Shown here piece after piece: positions 8,542 to 18,014 of a DNA stretch of 32,000 nucleotides (its first letter is position 1; each line of letters begins with the position of its first letter). Below the pieces are notes generated by a model, which ran no database searches, had not been told where the DNA came from, and was given only the letters and a program-made list of their open reading frames with translations. Location: NCBI RefSeq assembly GCF_013365435.1, contig NZ_CP046577.1, forward strand, positions 540,001 to 572,000. The letters are read 5' to 3'. Source of the stretch: Wolbachia endosymbiont of Litomosoides sigmodontis. Lineage in GTDB: Bacteria > Pseudomonadota > Alphaproteobacteria > Rickettsiales > Anaplasmataceae. Made by a program: the position numbers and the translations under genes.

Positions 8542-10128
8542 TTAGAGATATAACACTTCTACATCTAGTTTTTCAGCTTTAGGTTGATTAAACTTTGTAG
8601 CAGGTTTATCTTTTTTGAAGCCTTCACCTGCACTTCCCCACCCTACTAGGGTAGAATTAGAAGGCTGCTGTCTCACCAATTTATCCAAAAATCCTGTACT
8701 TTTTAAGCTTGCACGAGCCTTAGCTAAATTTTCTGGAAAAAGACTTTGTTTCTCCAGCATGAAAGGACCAGAATCCACTACACTATCAGAACTTAATGGG
8801 CTCAGACAAGGCCCTTTTGATACTTGTGGTAGAGCTATTGGAGCAAGTACAAAAGAACCATTTAAGCTATTAGATGAGTTGCTTCTAAAAAGGTTGTGAT
8901 TAACTGTTACAGTCTTATCAGCACCTTTTTTAGCTGAAACAGGAGTATCATCTTCAGAAAGTATTTGATACTTAGCGTTAGCAGCTTCTTCTGGTGCCTT
9001 ATTTCCTTTATTCCATAACCATTTTAAAGATCTATTAGAAAATAGCACTTTTTTATTCTTTTTAGAATTTAATAATTCTGCTGTACTGCTAACAGTATCG
9101 TCAGTTTCTACAGAACTAAATAAATTGCTTCTTGATAAATTAGACTGCGTTGAATCTTTTCTACTTTCACCACACCCTCTTGCCATTCCATTAAGACTTT
9201 CTAAAAGTTTGAACTTTATTTTGTTCTTTTCAACAATTCTCTTAATCTCATTATGGTGTTCAGAGAAAATTTCATAAAGATTATTGTTACCTTGAGTCAA
9301 CAGATTTTGCAATTTTCTAGAGTTTAATTTACTAATAAAATCTGCTTGCTGCCCTAATTGACTAATTAATTGTTTTTCTTTGAAACCTTGTTGATCATTA
9401 AGAGAGTAAGCTTTCTTCAATATTTCTCCCTTTAATTCAGAGAATATTTTTTTAACTAAAACAGAGCTATCAATAGCTTTATCTTCAAAAACCTCCTTAA
9501 CAAACATTTCTTTTATACTATTGAAACTTTTCGTTTTTTCTTTGGTTTTCAAAATAACCATTGAATTTTGCAGCCCTATTGAATAGGGGATGCTATCTAA
9601 ATTAGATATACTCGCACCCAAGTTATCTAGCTTGTACCCCATTGTTTTCAATGCAGAACTAATTCCCTCCCTTGCTGCTTGTTCTACAGAATCCGCAGCT
9701 TCTTTTATTGAGTCTTTAGTACGCACAGCACTATCTTTAATTCTTCCTCCAATATATTTTGCTCCTTCAATTGTTTTTTCCGTAGCATATCTGAAGCCAT
9801 TTTCTATTTGTACCCTGTATTTATACACAGTTGCACCAAGCGCTGCAAATGCTAAAATTGCAAGTATTCCACCTACTATGCTGCCTGCAACTATTGGAGC
9901 TGCTGCAATTGCAAAACCAGCTCCTATTGTCACGGTTGACGTTAACGTGCCTATAAATAAACCAAGGATTACTCTGTTCGTTACTTCTAATAACTTTATC
10001 CTTTTTTCTAATAATTGCACTTGTTGTAACAAATCCTCTGAAGGTGTAATACTATCTACTTGCTGAAGTTTCTGTACTTCAATAGAATTTGAATTTATTT
10101 CTTGACTAAGTAACACTTTGAACCTCAC
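8542..10128 (-). CDS. Orphan 528-aa protein: coiled-coil N-terminus, bilobed hydrophobic hairpin, helical middle, Ser/Asn-rich disordered C-terminal half
   Basis: It is the longest non-housekeeping ORF. The start is GTG, and the first internal Met is residue 163; 162 stop-free codons upstream of that in an AT-rich genome argue the N-terminus is coding. Residues 53-102 read VILGLFIGTLTSTVTIGAGFAIAA-AP-IVAGSIVGGILAILAFAALGATVY. Confidence 0.6.
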   Translation of the reverse strand: MRFKVLLSQEINSNSIEVQKLQQVDSITPSEDLLQQVQLLEKRIKLLEVTNRVILGLFIGTLTSTVTIGAGFAIAAAPIVAGSIVGGILAILAFAALGATVYKYRVQIENGFRYATEKTIEGAKYIGGRIKDSAVRTKDSIKEAADSVEQAAREGISSALKTMGYKLDNLGASISNLDSIPYSIGLQNSMVILKTKEKTKSFNSIKEMFVKEVFEDKAIDSSVLVKKIFSELKGEILKKAYSLNDQQGFKEKQLISQLGQQADFISKLNSRKLQNLLTQGNNNLYEIFSEHHNEIKRIVEKNKIKFKLLESLNGMARGCGESRKDSTQSNLSRSNLFSSVETDDTVSSTAELLNSKKNKKVLFSNRSLKWLWNKGNKAPEEAANAKYQILSEDDTPVSAKKGADKTVTVNHNLFRSNSSNSLNGSFVLAPIALPQVSKGPCLSPLSSDSVVDSGPFMLEKQSLFPENLAKARASLKSTGFLDKLVRQQPSNSTLVGWGSAGEGFKKDKPATKFNQPKAEKLDVEVLYL

Positions 10129-10575
10129 TATTAATTAAGCATATTTATTGTACACTTTCGATTCTTAAGTTAGTATTAACTAGACCGTTAGTACTTATTC
10201 ACCTTTAAATAGTTTTGCTTGAAATGTTTTCTATAGCATAAAAAATTAGGTTAAATGCTCTTCAGACTAAAGTACTTATGCAGTATTTTATATAATAAAA
10301 GGCATTCTTTTTCTCAATCATTGCAGTTTTAATAACAGTTTTATTATCTAATCATTATTCTTGCCTGTATGAAAACGCAGTCCATTTAAAGAATAATTAA
10401 TAAGGATTAAAATAAGGCCAGAAAGGTCCACAGAATCAATTATATTACATGGAGAAAAGAGAGTGTATGACTACATCTTTCATTCTGATGATTAATTCGT
10501 AAATAAAAGTAATTTATGTTTGCATTTTCTTATTAAAGAAGTAATACTAGCGTATTAGTTATAGAATTAATCACT

Positions 10576-11613
10576 ATGTTTGATGAGCATAATCCTTGGA
10601 ACCTTGGAAAAAAAACTGTAGAAAATAAAACTTCTAATAATGAAGATATTTTAAGTAAAGCTATATCTAAAATAAGGTACTCTTTTATCAACTTAACAAG
10701 AAATAGCAGCAAAAAACCTTATCTCATTATTTTTATTATTTTGTTATTTTACGCCTGTACTGGTTTCTATATCGTCCATCCAAGTGAAGAAGGCATAGAA
10801 CTTATATTTGGTAAATATTCTAACACAGAAACACCTGGCTTGCGTTATCACCTCCCATATCCTATCGGCAAGGTTTTTAAAGTGAATGTTAAGGAAGTAA
10901 ATCATGAAGAAATTGGAATAAGTAGCTCTTATGGGCGAGATGCAGATCGCGGCGAAGGTGTGATGCTCACTGGAGATGAGAATATAGTCAACGTTAATTT
11001 TGAGGTTCAATGGCGTGTTAGAGATGCTAAGGATTATTTATTCAAAGTGCGAGACTATAAACCTGGTTTCAGTGTTAAAAATGCCGCTGAGAGTGCTATG
11101 AGAGAGATAATAGGCAAAAATACAATTTCTTTTGCACTTGAAGGTCAAGGTAGAGCTGAAATTTCCAGAGATACTAGAATTTTATTGCAACAAATTCTTG
11201 ACGGATATCAAATGGGCATAGAAATTTTGTCTGTCCAAATGAAAAAAATCGATCCACCAGAAAAAGTAATTAGTTCATTTAGAGATGTACAAAGTGCTCG
11301 TGCAGATAAAGAGCGCACTATAAACGAGGCATATGCTTACAGCAATGATATTGTACCTCGAGCAAAGGGTGAGGCAATAAAGATAAAACTAGATGCAGAA
11401 GCATATGAAAATGAAATAATAAATGAAGCAAAAGGTAATGCAAATCGCTTTCTATCTCTTTATGAGGAATATAAAAAAAATCCTTCTCTTGTTAAGAGCC
11501 GTATTTATCTTGAAACTATGGAAAATATCTTTAATAAAGTAGATAAAGTTGTTGTCACTGACGATTTGAAAGGTATGTTTTCTTATTTACCTCTTATAAA
11601 TTTGGGAAAATAA
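10576..11613 (+). CDS. hflK: FtsH protease modulator HflK (SPFH/band-7)
   Basis: 345 aa with an N-terminal TM segment and an SPFH domain. The 3' end lies 2 nt from the hflC start. Typical HflK blocks are present (GLRYHLPYPIG, MLTGDENIVNV, RDVQSARADKER). Confidence 0.93.
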   Translation: MFDEHNPWNLGKKTVENKTSNNEDILSKAISKIRYSFINLTRNSSKKPYLIIFIILLFYACTGFYIVHPSEEGIELIFGKYSNTETPGLRYHLPYPIGKVFKVNVKEVNHEEIGISSSYGRDADRGEGVMLTGDENIVNVNFEVQWRVRDAKDYLFKVRDYKPGFSVKNAAESAMREIIGKNTISFALEGQGRAEISRDTRILLQQILDGYQMGIEILSVQMKKIDPPEKVISSFRDVQSARADKERTINEAYAYSNDIVPRAKGEAIKIKLDAEAYENEIINEAKGNANRFLSLYEEYKKNPSLVKSRIYLETMENIFNKVDKVVVTDDLKGMFSYLPLINLGK

Positions 11614-11615
11614 TC

Positions 11616-12488
11616 ATGCGTAGTAATATTAAAATTGCTTTTATTTCTATATTTGCTACCTTATTGATCATTTTGTCCAATTCAATATTTGTTGTGCAAG
11701 AAACAAAGCAAGCAATAGTTATACAACTGGGTAAAGTTGTACGAGACATTAGAAAAAGTGGCTTATATTTTAAGTTACCACTTATAAATAATGTAGAATT
11801 TCTTGATAAGAGAGTTTTAGATTTAAGCCCTGATAAAACTCCAAGAGAAGTGATAACTGCAGATCAAAAACGTGTTATAGTAGATGCTTATGCAAAATAT
11901 AGAATAGCAGATCCTGTCATTTTTTACCAAACTGTGAAAAATGAATCAGGGTTGGTCAGAAGACTATATCCAATCATGGAAGCTCATATAAGAGAAAATA
12001 TAGGGAGGTTTTCATTAATTAGTTTATTAAACGAAAAAAGATCAGAAGTCATGCAGCTAATTCAACGTGGAGTTTATTCTGAAGCTGGAAAATTTGGTAT
12101 AGAAATAATAGACGTTAGGATTAAGAGAGCAGATTTACCAGAAGAAAATAGCTCTGCAATATTTCGACGCATGCAAACTGAAAGAGAAAAAGAAGCAAAA
12201 GAAATCAGAGCAGAAGGAGAACAAGCAGGACAGGAAATTAGATCAAAAGCTGATAAACTAAAAAGGGAAATTATTGCTAGTGCAGTAAGAGAATCCTATG
12301 AAATAAGAGGTCGTGGTTATGCTGAGGCAACCAGAATTTATAATAGTGCATTTAAAGCTGATGAAGAGTTTTTTAACTTTTATCGTTCTATGAAAGCTTA
12401 CAGTAAATCATTTGCTAAAAACAATACTAAATTTGTACTTTCACCAAATAATAATTTCTTAAGTATTTTAAATAAAGGATGGAAATAG
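11616..12488 (+). CDS. hflC: FtsH protease modulator HflC (SPFH/band-7)
   Basis: 290 aa with an N-terminal TM segment and an SPFH domain (GLYFKLPLIN, VITADQKRVIVDAY, RMQTEREKEA). Tightly linked to hflK and htrA. Confidence 0.93.
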   Translation: MRSNIKIAFISIFATLLIILSNSIFVVQETKQAIVIQLGKVVRDIRKSGLYFKLPLINNVEFLDKRVLDLSPDKTPREVITADQKRVIVDAYAKYRIADPVIFYQTVKNESGLVRRLYPIMEAHIRENIGRFSLISLLNEKRSEVMQLIQRGVYSEAGKFGIEIIDVRIKRADLPEENSSAIFRRMQTEREKEAKEIRAEGEQAGQEIRSKADKLKREIIASAVRESYEIRGRGYAEATRIYNSAFKADEEFFNFYRSMKAYSKSFAKNNTKFVLSPNNNFLSILNKGWK

Positions 12489-12491
12489 TCT

Positions 12492-13979
12492 ATGAAAAGT
12501 AAGGTTTTATCTATATTTACATATTTCCTGATTTCGTTTTCTTCGTATGCTGATATGTTTGATTGGGGTGCAAAAAATATCCAAGACACTAACACTCATG
12601 TATGTAATTGCAATCAAGGACTTGCTGATTTAGTGGAAGAACTTATTCCTGCAGTCGTAAATATCTCAAGTGAGCAAATAATTAAGCAAGAAAATAACAA
12701 TAGAACTAAGCCCCCTTTTACACCAAGAAACAATTTCTTTGATGATTTTAGAGAATTTTTTGAGCATTTTGATCAATTTTTTACAGATAGAAACCCTAAT
12801 ATCAACAGAGAGGTGGTGTTGCTTGGATCAGGATTTATTATAGATAAAAGTGGAACTATAGTAACCAATTATCACGTTATTAAAAATGCTCAAGATATCA
12901 CAGTTACTATGAATGATAATACTTATTTCAAGACAGAAGTTTTGGGTTACGACGCAAGAACTGACTTAGCTGTGCTTAAGATCAAAGCTGACAAAGACTT
13001 TTCTTTTGTAACGTTTGGTAATTCCGACAAAGCAAGAGTTGGTGATACGGTTATGGCAATAGGTAATCCATTTGGTTTAGGTGGTTCTGTGAGCACAGGA
13101 ATTATATCCGCAAGGTCCAGAGACATTAGTATTGGCACCACAAGTGAGTTTATTCAAACTGACGCTGCAATCAATAGGGGCAACTCTGGAGGGCCATTAT
13201 TTGATTTAAATGGAAAAGTTATAGGCATTAACACTGCTATTTATTCCCCATCTGAGTCTGGTGGCAATGTAGGTATAGGTTTTGCTATACCATCTAATCT
13301 AGCTATATCTATTATTGATACATTAAAAAGTGGTAAAAAAATAAAACATGGTTGGCTCGGTGTACAAGTTCAGCCTATAACAAGAGAATTTGCTGAGTCC
13401 TTAGGTTTAAAAGACGTAAAAGGTGCACTAGTTGCAAACATAGTAAAGGATAGTCCTGCAGAAAAAGGTGGTATTAAAGTAGGTGACATATTATTAGAAT
13501 TTGATGGCAAAAAAATTGATAGAATGACACAACTACCTCAAATGGTTTCAAGGACTGAACCTGAAAAAAAAGTGCAGATTAAGTTATTGAGAAAAGGCAA
13601 AGAAGTTAATGTCAAAGTTATTATCAAAGAATCTGTAAATGATAGCCAAGGTAGTAACATAGAAGAAAATAGGTCAACATCTGACTATATAACTGGTTTA
13701 ACTGTTTCCAATCTACCAAAAGAACCAAAAGAAAGCAAAAATGATACGCCCACAAAAGGTGTAATAGTTACCAATGTAGATAGTAACAGTAACGCTACAC
13801 TACGTGGTATCAAAAAAGGAGATATCATTATTCAATTAGATGGAGTGGATATAGAAAATACTGAAGATTTTCAAAAACAAGTTGATTTAGCAATAAAGAA
13901 AAGCAATAAAGATTCAATAATGTTGCTTATTTACCGCAATGGAAATCAATTTTTTACTTCAATAAAGTTAAAGAAGTAA
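12492..13979 (+). CDS. htrA: Periplasmic serine protease HtrA/DegP/DegQ family with two PDZ domains
   Basis: 495 aa with a signal peptide. Catalytic triad contexts are TNYHV, DLAVLK and GNSGGPL. Two PDZ-like segments are present (GWLGVQVQPIT..., GVIVTNVD...GDIIIQLDG). Confidence 0.95.
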   Translation: MKSKVLSIFTYFLISFSSYADMFDWGAKNIQDTNTHVCNCNQGLADLVEELIPAVVNISSEQIIKQENNNRTKPPFTPRNNFFDDFREFFEHFDQFFTDRNPNINREVVLLGSGFIIDKSGTIVTNYHVIKNAQDITVTMNDNTYFKTEVLGYDARTDLAVLKIKADKDFSFVTFGNSDKARVGDTVMAIGNPFGLGGSVSTGIISARSRDISIGTTSEFIQTDAAINRGNSGGPLFDLNGKVIGINTAIYSPSESGGNVGIGFAIPSNLAISIIDTLKSGKKIKHGWLGVQVQPITREFAESLGLKDVKGALVANIVKDSPAEKGGIKVGDILLEFDGKKIDRMTQLPQMVSRTEPEKKVQIKLLRKGKEVNVKVIIKESVNDSQGSNIEENRSTSDYITGLTVSNLPKEPKESKNDTPTKGVIVTNVDSNSNATLRGIKKGDIIIQLDGVDIENTEDFQKQVDLAIKKSNKDSIMLLIYRNGNQFFTSIKLKK

Positions 13980-14010
13980 TCTCAAACTTAGAAGAAAAGA
14001 AAAATTGCTT

Positions 14011-14123
14011 ACTTACTCTCAACATTGTAGAAAAACTAAATTAAATTAGAGTCAATTTAAACAAGTTGAGTATGGATACAAGAAAACCACAATATACTAT
14101 TAAAGAAATGAGAATAAGAATAT
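14011..14123 (+). repeat. Inner half of the repeat arm (14011-14090) plus a 33-bp terminal-repeat-like sequence (14091-14123)
   Basis: 14011-14090 is collinear with 16660-16740 and 5325-5400. 14091-14123 (aatatactattaaagaaatgagaataagaatat) recurs inverted at 14624-14656 with 1 mismatch. Confidence 0.7.
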
Positions 14124-14127
14124 AAGT

Positions 14128-14220
14128 ATCGGCATGGCCGTTCTTCCGCTTACATTTTAAAGTGGAATAACTAGAAAGATATTTAATAGTAGTGAAATCA
14201 TAAGCATAAAGGGTAAAATA
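14128..14220 (+). pseudogene. 93-bp fragment copied from the 3' part of acnA
   Basis: It aligns without gaps to 22570-22662 with 9 mismatches (~90%). The translation IGMAVLPLTF*SGITRKIFNSSEIISIKGKI contains a stop, against the AcnA sequence IGMGVLPLIFQSGVTRKIFNSSEIISIKGKI. Confidence 0.85.
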
Positions 14221-14231
14221 TTGTATTATAG

Positions 14232-14656
14232 ACTTTTATTACACAAAATATTTTATTTTATATATGTAACTAAAGTCTCTTAATAGGATTGAGCTTTTCT
14301 TGCTCTTTTAAATATTATAACATTTATTTAAGAAATATATTTGTATAATCAGTTAAGCTAGGGCTTTCCCTATTTCTATGATTAACTGTTCTGATAGAGA
14401 TATTTTTTTATCTACCTAATTTTTACTTTAACCTATGTTCTAATGTATGCCAAACCACAATTCATCAAAGATAAACAACTTTTATTCCTAATACTTACCA
14501 ATAATTTCATTAATTTTTTAAAACTCTTCCTATCTACCTTTATCTTGTTCATTGTAAGTTGGTCTTGACGTAATATACGAAAACTTCATTTTTCGCATGT
14601 TAAGGTGTACTTTAGACTTGCTAATATTCTTATACTCATTTCTTTAATAGTATATT
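14232..14656 (-). mobile_element. IS630-type transposase relic, inverted relative to the adjacent arm
   Basis: On the reverse strand: a 33-bp end, then ATGAAGTTTTCGTATATTACG.. (MKFSYITSRPTYNEQDK), then degraded ..LNPI.. at 14262-14290. Collinear with 16741-17245 and 5421-5770. Confidence 0.55.
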
Positions 14657-15121
14657 TGAGAATTAGTACTATTTGCCCACTACTAACTATAGAAGACAAT
14701 AAAAATGTTAAGATGTTGATGAAAGAAAGCCTTTACTCTCCTCTTCTTACGATAGTTTATTGATTAAAGAACAAAGAAATACCAAGAATCTTTGGAGACT
14801 AACATTCAAAAGCTCATCTGCATATGCTATCACTTCAGGTTGCGTAGGATGTCTTTCTTTTTGTACATTTCTTGCTTTATTAAGCTATAAATCAACTAGC
14901 ACGTTCTACTAGAGAGCTATATATTTTCAGATAAAAGGCAAAAAATGTGTACAAGGTCTATTCAGACACTTTTTTTTTCTGCTCTAAGGCAACTTCTTGT
15001 TTTTTATAGGTTTTGTTGTAGACCAATTACCAGTATAATCACATAAACATTAACGCAGACAAAATAGGGCCTAATGAGAGTAATAATCATATCTCTCCAG
15101 CACATCACTATTTGGCGTGAT

Positions 15122-15149
15122 GAAAAACTAAAACGTACGTTACGTTTTA
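15122..15149 (-). terminator. Rho-independent-type terminator for the esterase gene
   Basis: A 9-bp stem (taaaacgta-cgt-tacgtttta, 15129-15149), followed on the minus strand by G-TTTTT (15123-15127). It lies 44 nt past the stop at 15193. Confidence 0.5.
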
Positions 15150-15192
15150 AAATATACCCTTATTTACTTTATCGCAATTGAAAAAATAGAAA

Positions 15193-15891
15193 CTATTTTT
15201 TGAAATTTCTCTTAATGAATTCTACACCTAATTTTAGCCCTTCTTCATTAATAATATGTCCCAGTGCGCGAATTGGGTGTCCTTCAACACTTACCCCATT
15301 TTCCTTTAGGGCTTTTACCGCCAAGTCAAGAGAAGAGAAAGGTACTACGTCATCAGTGTCACCGTGGATGATACACATGCTAGGTCTTGATTTAATTTTA
15401 GGCGCAACTCTTAAAGGTGAAAGAAACCTACCAGAATATGCAACAACTGATGCACAACATTGAGAGCGGGTAAGAGCTGCGTGTATTGCAAGCATTGCTC
15501 CTTGAGAAAATCCAACTAAAGAAAGTTGTGCATCTTTCATGCTAAACTCTTTTAACTTCTTGTCAATAAAATGATTTACTATCGATGCAGCGTTCTTTAC
15601 TCCATTATATAACACTTCCTCACTGCGGTCTTCTAAGCTAAACCATTGATAACCTCCACCTATTTCTCTCTCAGAAGGAGCATTGGGTGCTACAAAACAT
15701 GAATTAGGTAAAGACTTGCTCATAACTTTAGCAAGATGAATGAAGTTATCTCCACTTGAGCCCCAGCCGTGTAAGCAAATAACCAAATTTTTCTTGTTTT
15801 CATCTGTGCAAATCTCTGGACCTTTAAGTTCAATCATTTCTTTTTTTTTTATATTCATACTCCTATTTAACACTAATTTTTTAATTTGCAA
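15193..15891 (-). CDS. Alpha/beta hydrolase of the phospholipase/carboxylesterase family
   Basis: 232 aa with HGWGSSGDN, the nucleophile elbow GFSQGA, an acid residue in HGDTDDVVP, and a C-terminal LGH. Confidence 0.8.
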   Translation of the reverse strand: MQIKKLVLNRSMNIKKKEMIELKGPEICTDENKKNLVICLHGWGSSGDNFIHLAKVMSKSLPNSCFVAPNAPSEREIGGGYQWFSLEDRSEEVLYNGVKNAASIVNHFIDKKLKEFSMKDAQLSLVGFSQGAMLAIHAALTRSQCCASVVAYSGRFLSPLRVAPKIKSRPSMCIIHGDTDDVVPFSSLDLAVKALKENGVSVEGHPIRALGHIINEEGLKLGVEFIKRNFKK

Positions 15892-15992
15892 AAACTATAT
15901 TGATGCAATTATTAAAGAGAAAGGTAAATCACACTAATCGCTTGTACAAGGATTTATTTAGAGATATATTTGAGCTTACTTAATTAAGAATT

Positions 15993-16292
15993 ATGAACGT
16001 TGATGATAAAATAATTTTTAGAATTTATAAACCAACAAAAACTGTAACACAGTCTGGTTTGGGCAATATGCGTTTTTGGTACCTAAAAATTGAGCCTGAG
16101 TCTTACTATATTGAACCTCTGATGGGATGGGTTGGCTCAAGAAACCCAAAAAAACAGATTGTAATAAAGTTTAATACCCTTGAAAAAGCAGTGCTATATG
16201 CAAAAAAGTGCAGTGTTAAATATATAGTTGAAATGCCAAAAGATGTTAAGAGACGTCCAAAATCTTACGCGAGTAATTTCACACTGAAATAA
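15993..16292 (+). CDS. ETC complex I subunit conserved-region protein (NDUFS4-like)
   Basis: 99 aa. IYKPTKTVTQSG...PLMGWVGSRNP...F.TLEKAVLYAKK resembles the alphaproteobacterial homologue of mitochondrial NDUFS4. Confidence 0.8.
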   Translation: MNVDDKIIFRIYKPTKTVTQSGLGNMRFWYLKIEPESYYIEPLMGWVGSRNPKKQIVIKFNTLEKAVLYAKKCSVKYIVEMPKDVKRRPKSYASNFTLK

Positions 16293-16500
16293 GTTCTATT
16301 AGTGCAGTAGCTTAAGCTTTTTTTACTACGATATACTTTAAAAAGCAAATGAGCTGCAGTTATCAAGTGTTTCAAACACAAAAAATGCTAATGTTTTTAA
16401 ATAGATATTAATAAGGAGTTTTTTTGCTTTTTTTTCCATTTTAACAAGTTTCTTAAAGTTGTATCTATTCAACAATGTAGTAGAAAAAAACACTACATGC

Positions 16501-17245
16501 GAGCGAAGTTTGGTTAGATAAAAAAGTCCTGGAATCAGCAAAAGAAAGTGCGAAGTAACTTATATATACAAAAAACTAAATGCTGTAATGCAGCAAAAAA
16601 ACACAGTATAACAGCTGTAGCAAAAATATGTTGCATTTCAAAAAGACAGTACTAGCTACCTTAACATTGTAGAAAAATTAAACTGAATCAGAGTCAATTT
16701 AAACAAGTTTAGTATAGATACAAGAAAACCATAATATTACCATTAAAAAAATGAGAATATAAGACATAGGAAAAATTTGACTTAAATGTTAGCAAGTCTA
16801 CAGTGCACTTTATATTACATCAAGACCAACGTATGATGAACAAGATAAATGTATACAGGAAAAGAGTTTTAAAAAACTTAATTGGACTATTGATAAGTAT
16901 CTTGATCAATAACAAGAGTTATTCATCTTTGATGAACTATAGTTTTATACATTCGAAAGCTAGATACCGGTGGTTTAAAAAAGGCGTTAGAACACAGATT
17001 AAAGTAAAATTAGGTAGGCAAAATTTTTTTACACCAAATGTTAACACTGATTGTATGAATATATTTTTTTGAATAAATGTTGCAATATTTAAGAACACGA
17101 AAAGCACTTTTTGGAATAGATTTTACTAATTAGTATATTTCAAAAATTTAGATGTACCTAAAACATCAGTATTATATACCTACCCACCACACTCACCAAT
17201 ATCACTTATTTGAGATATTCATTAATGAGAATTGGTATTAATAGC
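16501..17245 (+). mobile_element. Repeat arm (16571-16740) plus IS630-type transposase relic (16741-17245)
   Basis: The arm is ~75-80% like 5234-5405. Track ORF 16803-17072 contains ..RYRWFKKGVRTQIKVKLGRQNF.. (IS630-like). 16918-16936 reads FIFDE (the first D region). 17170-17200 is a degraded LP...LN..E region. There are many stops. Confidence 0.55.
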
Positions 17246-17358
17246 TTGAATCTACTTGTTTTCTTCAAGCTAAAATTGCATAACTCAAAAAAAAATCCAC
17301 TAATTGACCTACAAAAATACTACGATTTGTAGATAGCAACATTCCAGGCAGAAGGAAT

Positions 17359-17970
17359 CTATAATTCATTTATATATTTTTTAATCTCAGCTGCAATTTT
17401 ATCAGATTGACTTTCATCTGAATTTAGATCAGCTGCAAAGTGTGCAACATACTTTCCACCAGGACCAATTAGGTATATTATTGAAGAATGATTAATTTCT
17501 TCTTCACCAACTTTGCTGGTGTATACTTTATAATTTGCAATTACCTCATCTATTTTTTTTCTTTCACCAGTTAACATCTGTATCCTATGGTCAAATTGCT
17601 GCTGAAATTCCTTGAGTCTTTCTATGCTATCGCGTTCAGGGTCAATTGTTATGAAAAATGTTTGTAGCTTGTTATTAATTTTCTTATCTAATTTTGAAAG
17701 TATTTCTGAAATTATCCCAAGATTCATAGGACAAACCTTTTTACATGAAGAAAATCCAAAGAAAATCATCATATACTTATCTTTAAAATCACTACTGTGT
17801 ATAACTTGTCCATCTTGATTAACTAAAGAAAAATCTCCTCCTACTTTAACTCCCACGTTGTGAATCACTGCTGGAGCAAATATGCCTTTTTTAGTGAAAT
17901 AACAATAACCGAGAAAAACTACTGATAATGCTACTATTATACTAGATAGCAACCTTACAAACTTTATCAT
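17359..17970 (-). CDS. SCO1/SenC family copper chaperone for cytochrome c oxidase assembly
   Basis: 203 aa with an N-terminal TM anchor, a thioredoxin-like fold with CKKVCP (CxxxC), and a downstream His (INHSSIIYLIGPGG). Confidence 0.88.
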   Translation of the reverse strand: MIKFVRLLSSIIVALSVVFLGYCYFTKKGIFAPAVIHNVGVKVGGDFSLVNQDGQVIHSSDFKDKYMMIFFGFSSCKKVCPMNLGIISEILSKLDKKINNKLQTFFITIDPERDSIERLKEFQQQFDHRIQMLTGERKKIDEVIANYKVYTSKVGEEEINHSSIIYLIGPGGKYVAHFAADLNSDESQSDKIAAEIKKYINEL

Positions 17971-18014
17971 TAGAACATCCTGAATAAAATAAGATTATAT
18001 TTTTATTAGTTAAA

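Noticed and set aside
8542-9100. WH2 actin-binding motif or synuclein-like KTKEGV repeats in the orphan protein (e.g. ARASLKSTGFLDKLV; ATEKTIEGAKYIGG)
   Set aside because: The resemblance is loose, and neither the spacing nor the key residues (LKKV; repeated KTKEGV) are actually present. The last ~28 residues are also not net basic, so I do not claim a classical T4SS C-terminal signal.
8615-10066. Plus-strand ORFs 8615-8899 and 9590-10066, opposite the orphan gene
   Set aside because: 9590-10066 is hydrophobic only because it mirrors the Gly/Ala/Ile-rich hairpin codons on the other strand. The minus-strand frame is three times longer and continuous.
10520-10548. Sigma-70-like promoter TTGCAT-N17-AATACT upstream of hflK
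   Set aside because: It matches 4/6 plus 4/6 in sequence that is about two-thirds A+T, so similar hexamer pairs are expected by chance many times in this window. It is not supportable without TSS data.
14657-15121. The ~460-bp unexplained stretch between the IS relic and the esterase terminator, as a possible gene relic or ncRNA
   Set aside because: All six frames are broken by frequent stops. A minus-frame string with several Cys (..CLRxCLCDYTGNW..CLNRPCTHF..) is suggestive of a zinc-finger remnant but matches nothing I can name. I saw no conserved RNA motifs (RNase P, SRP, tmRNA, 6S).
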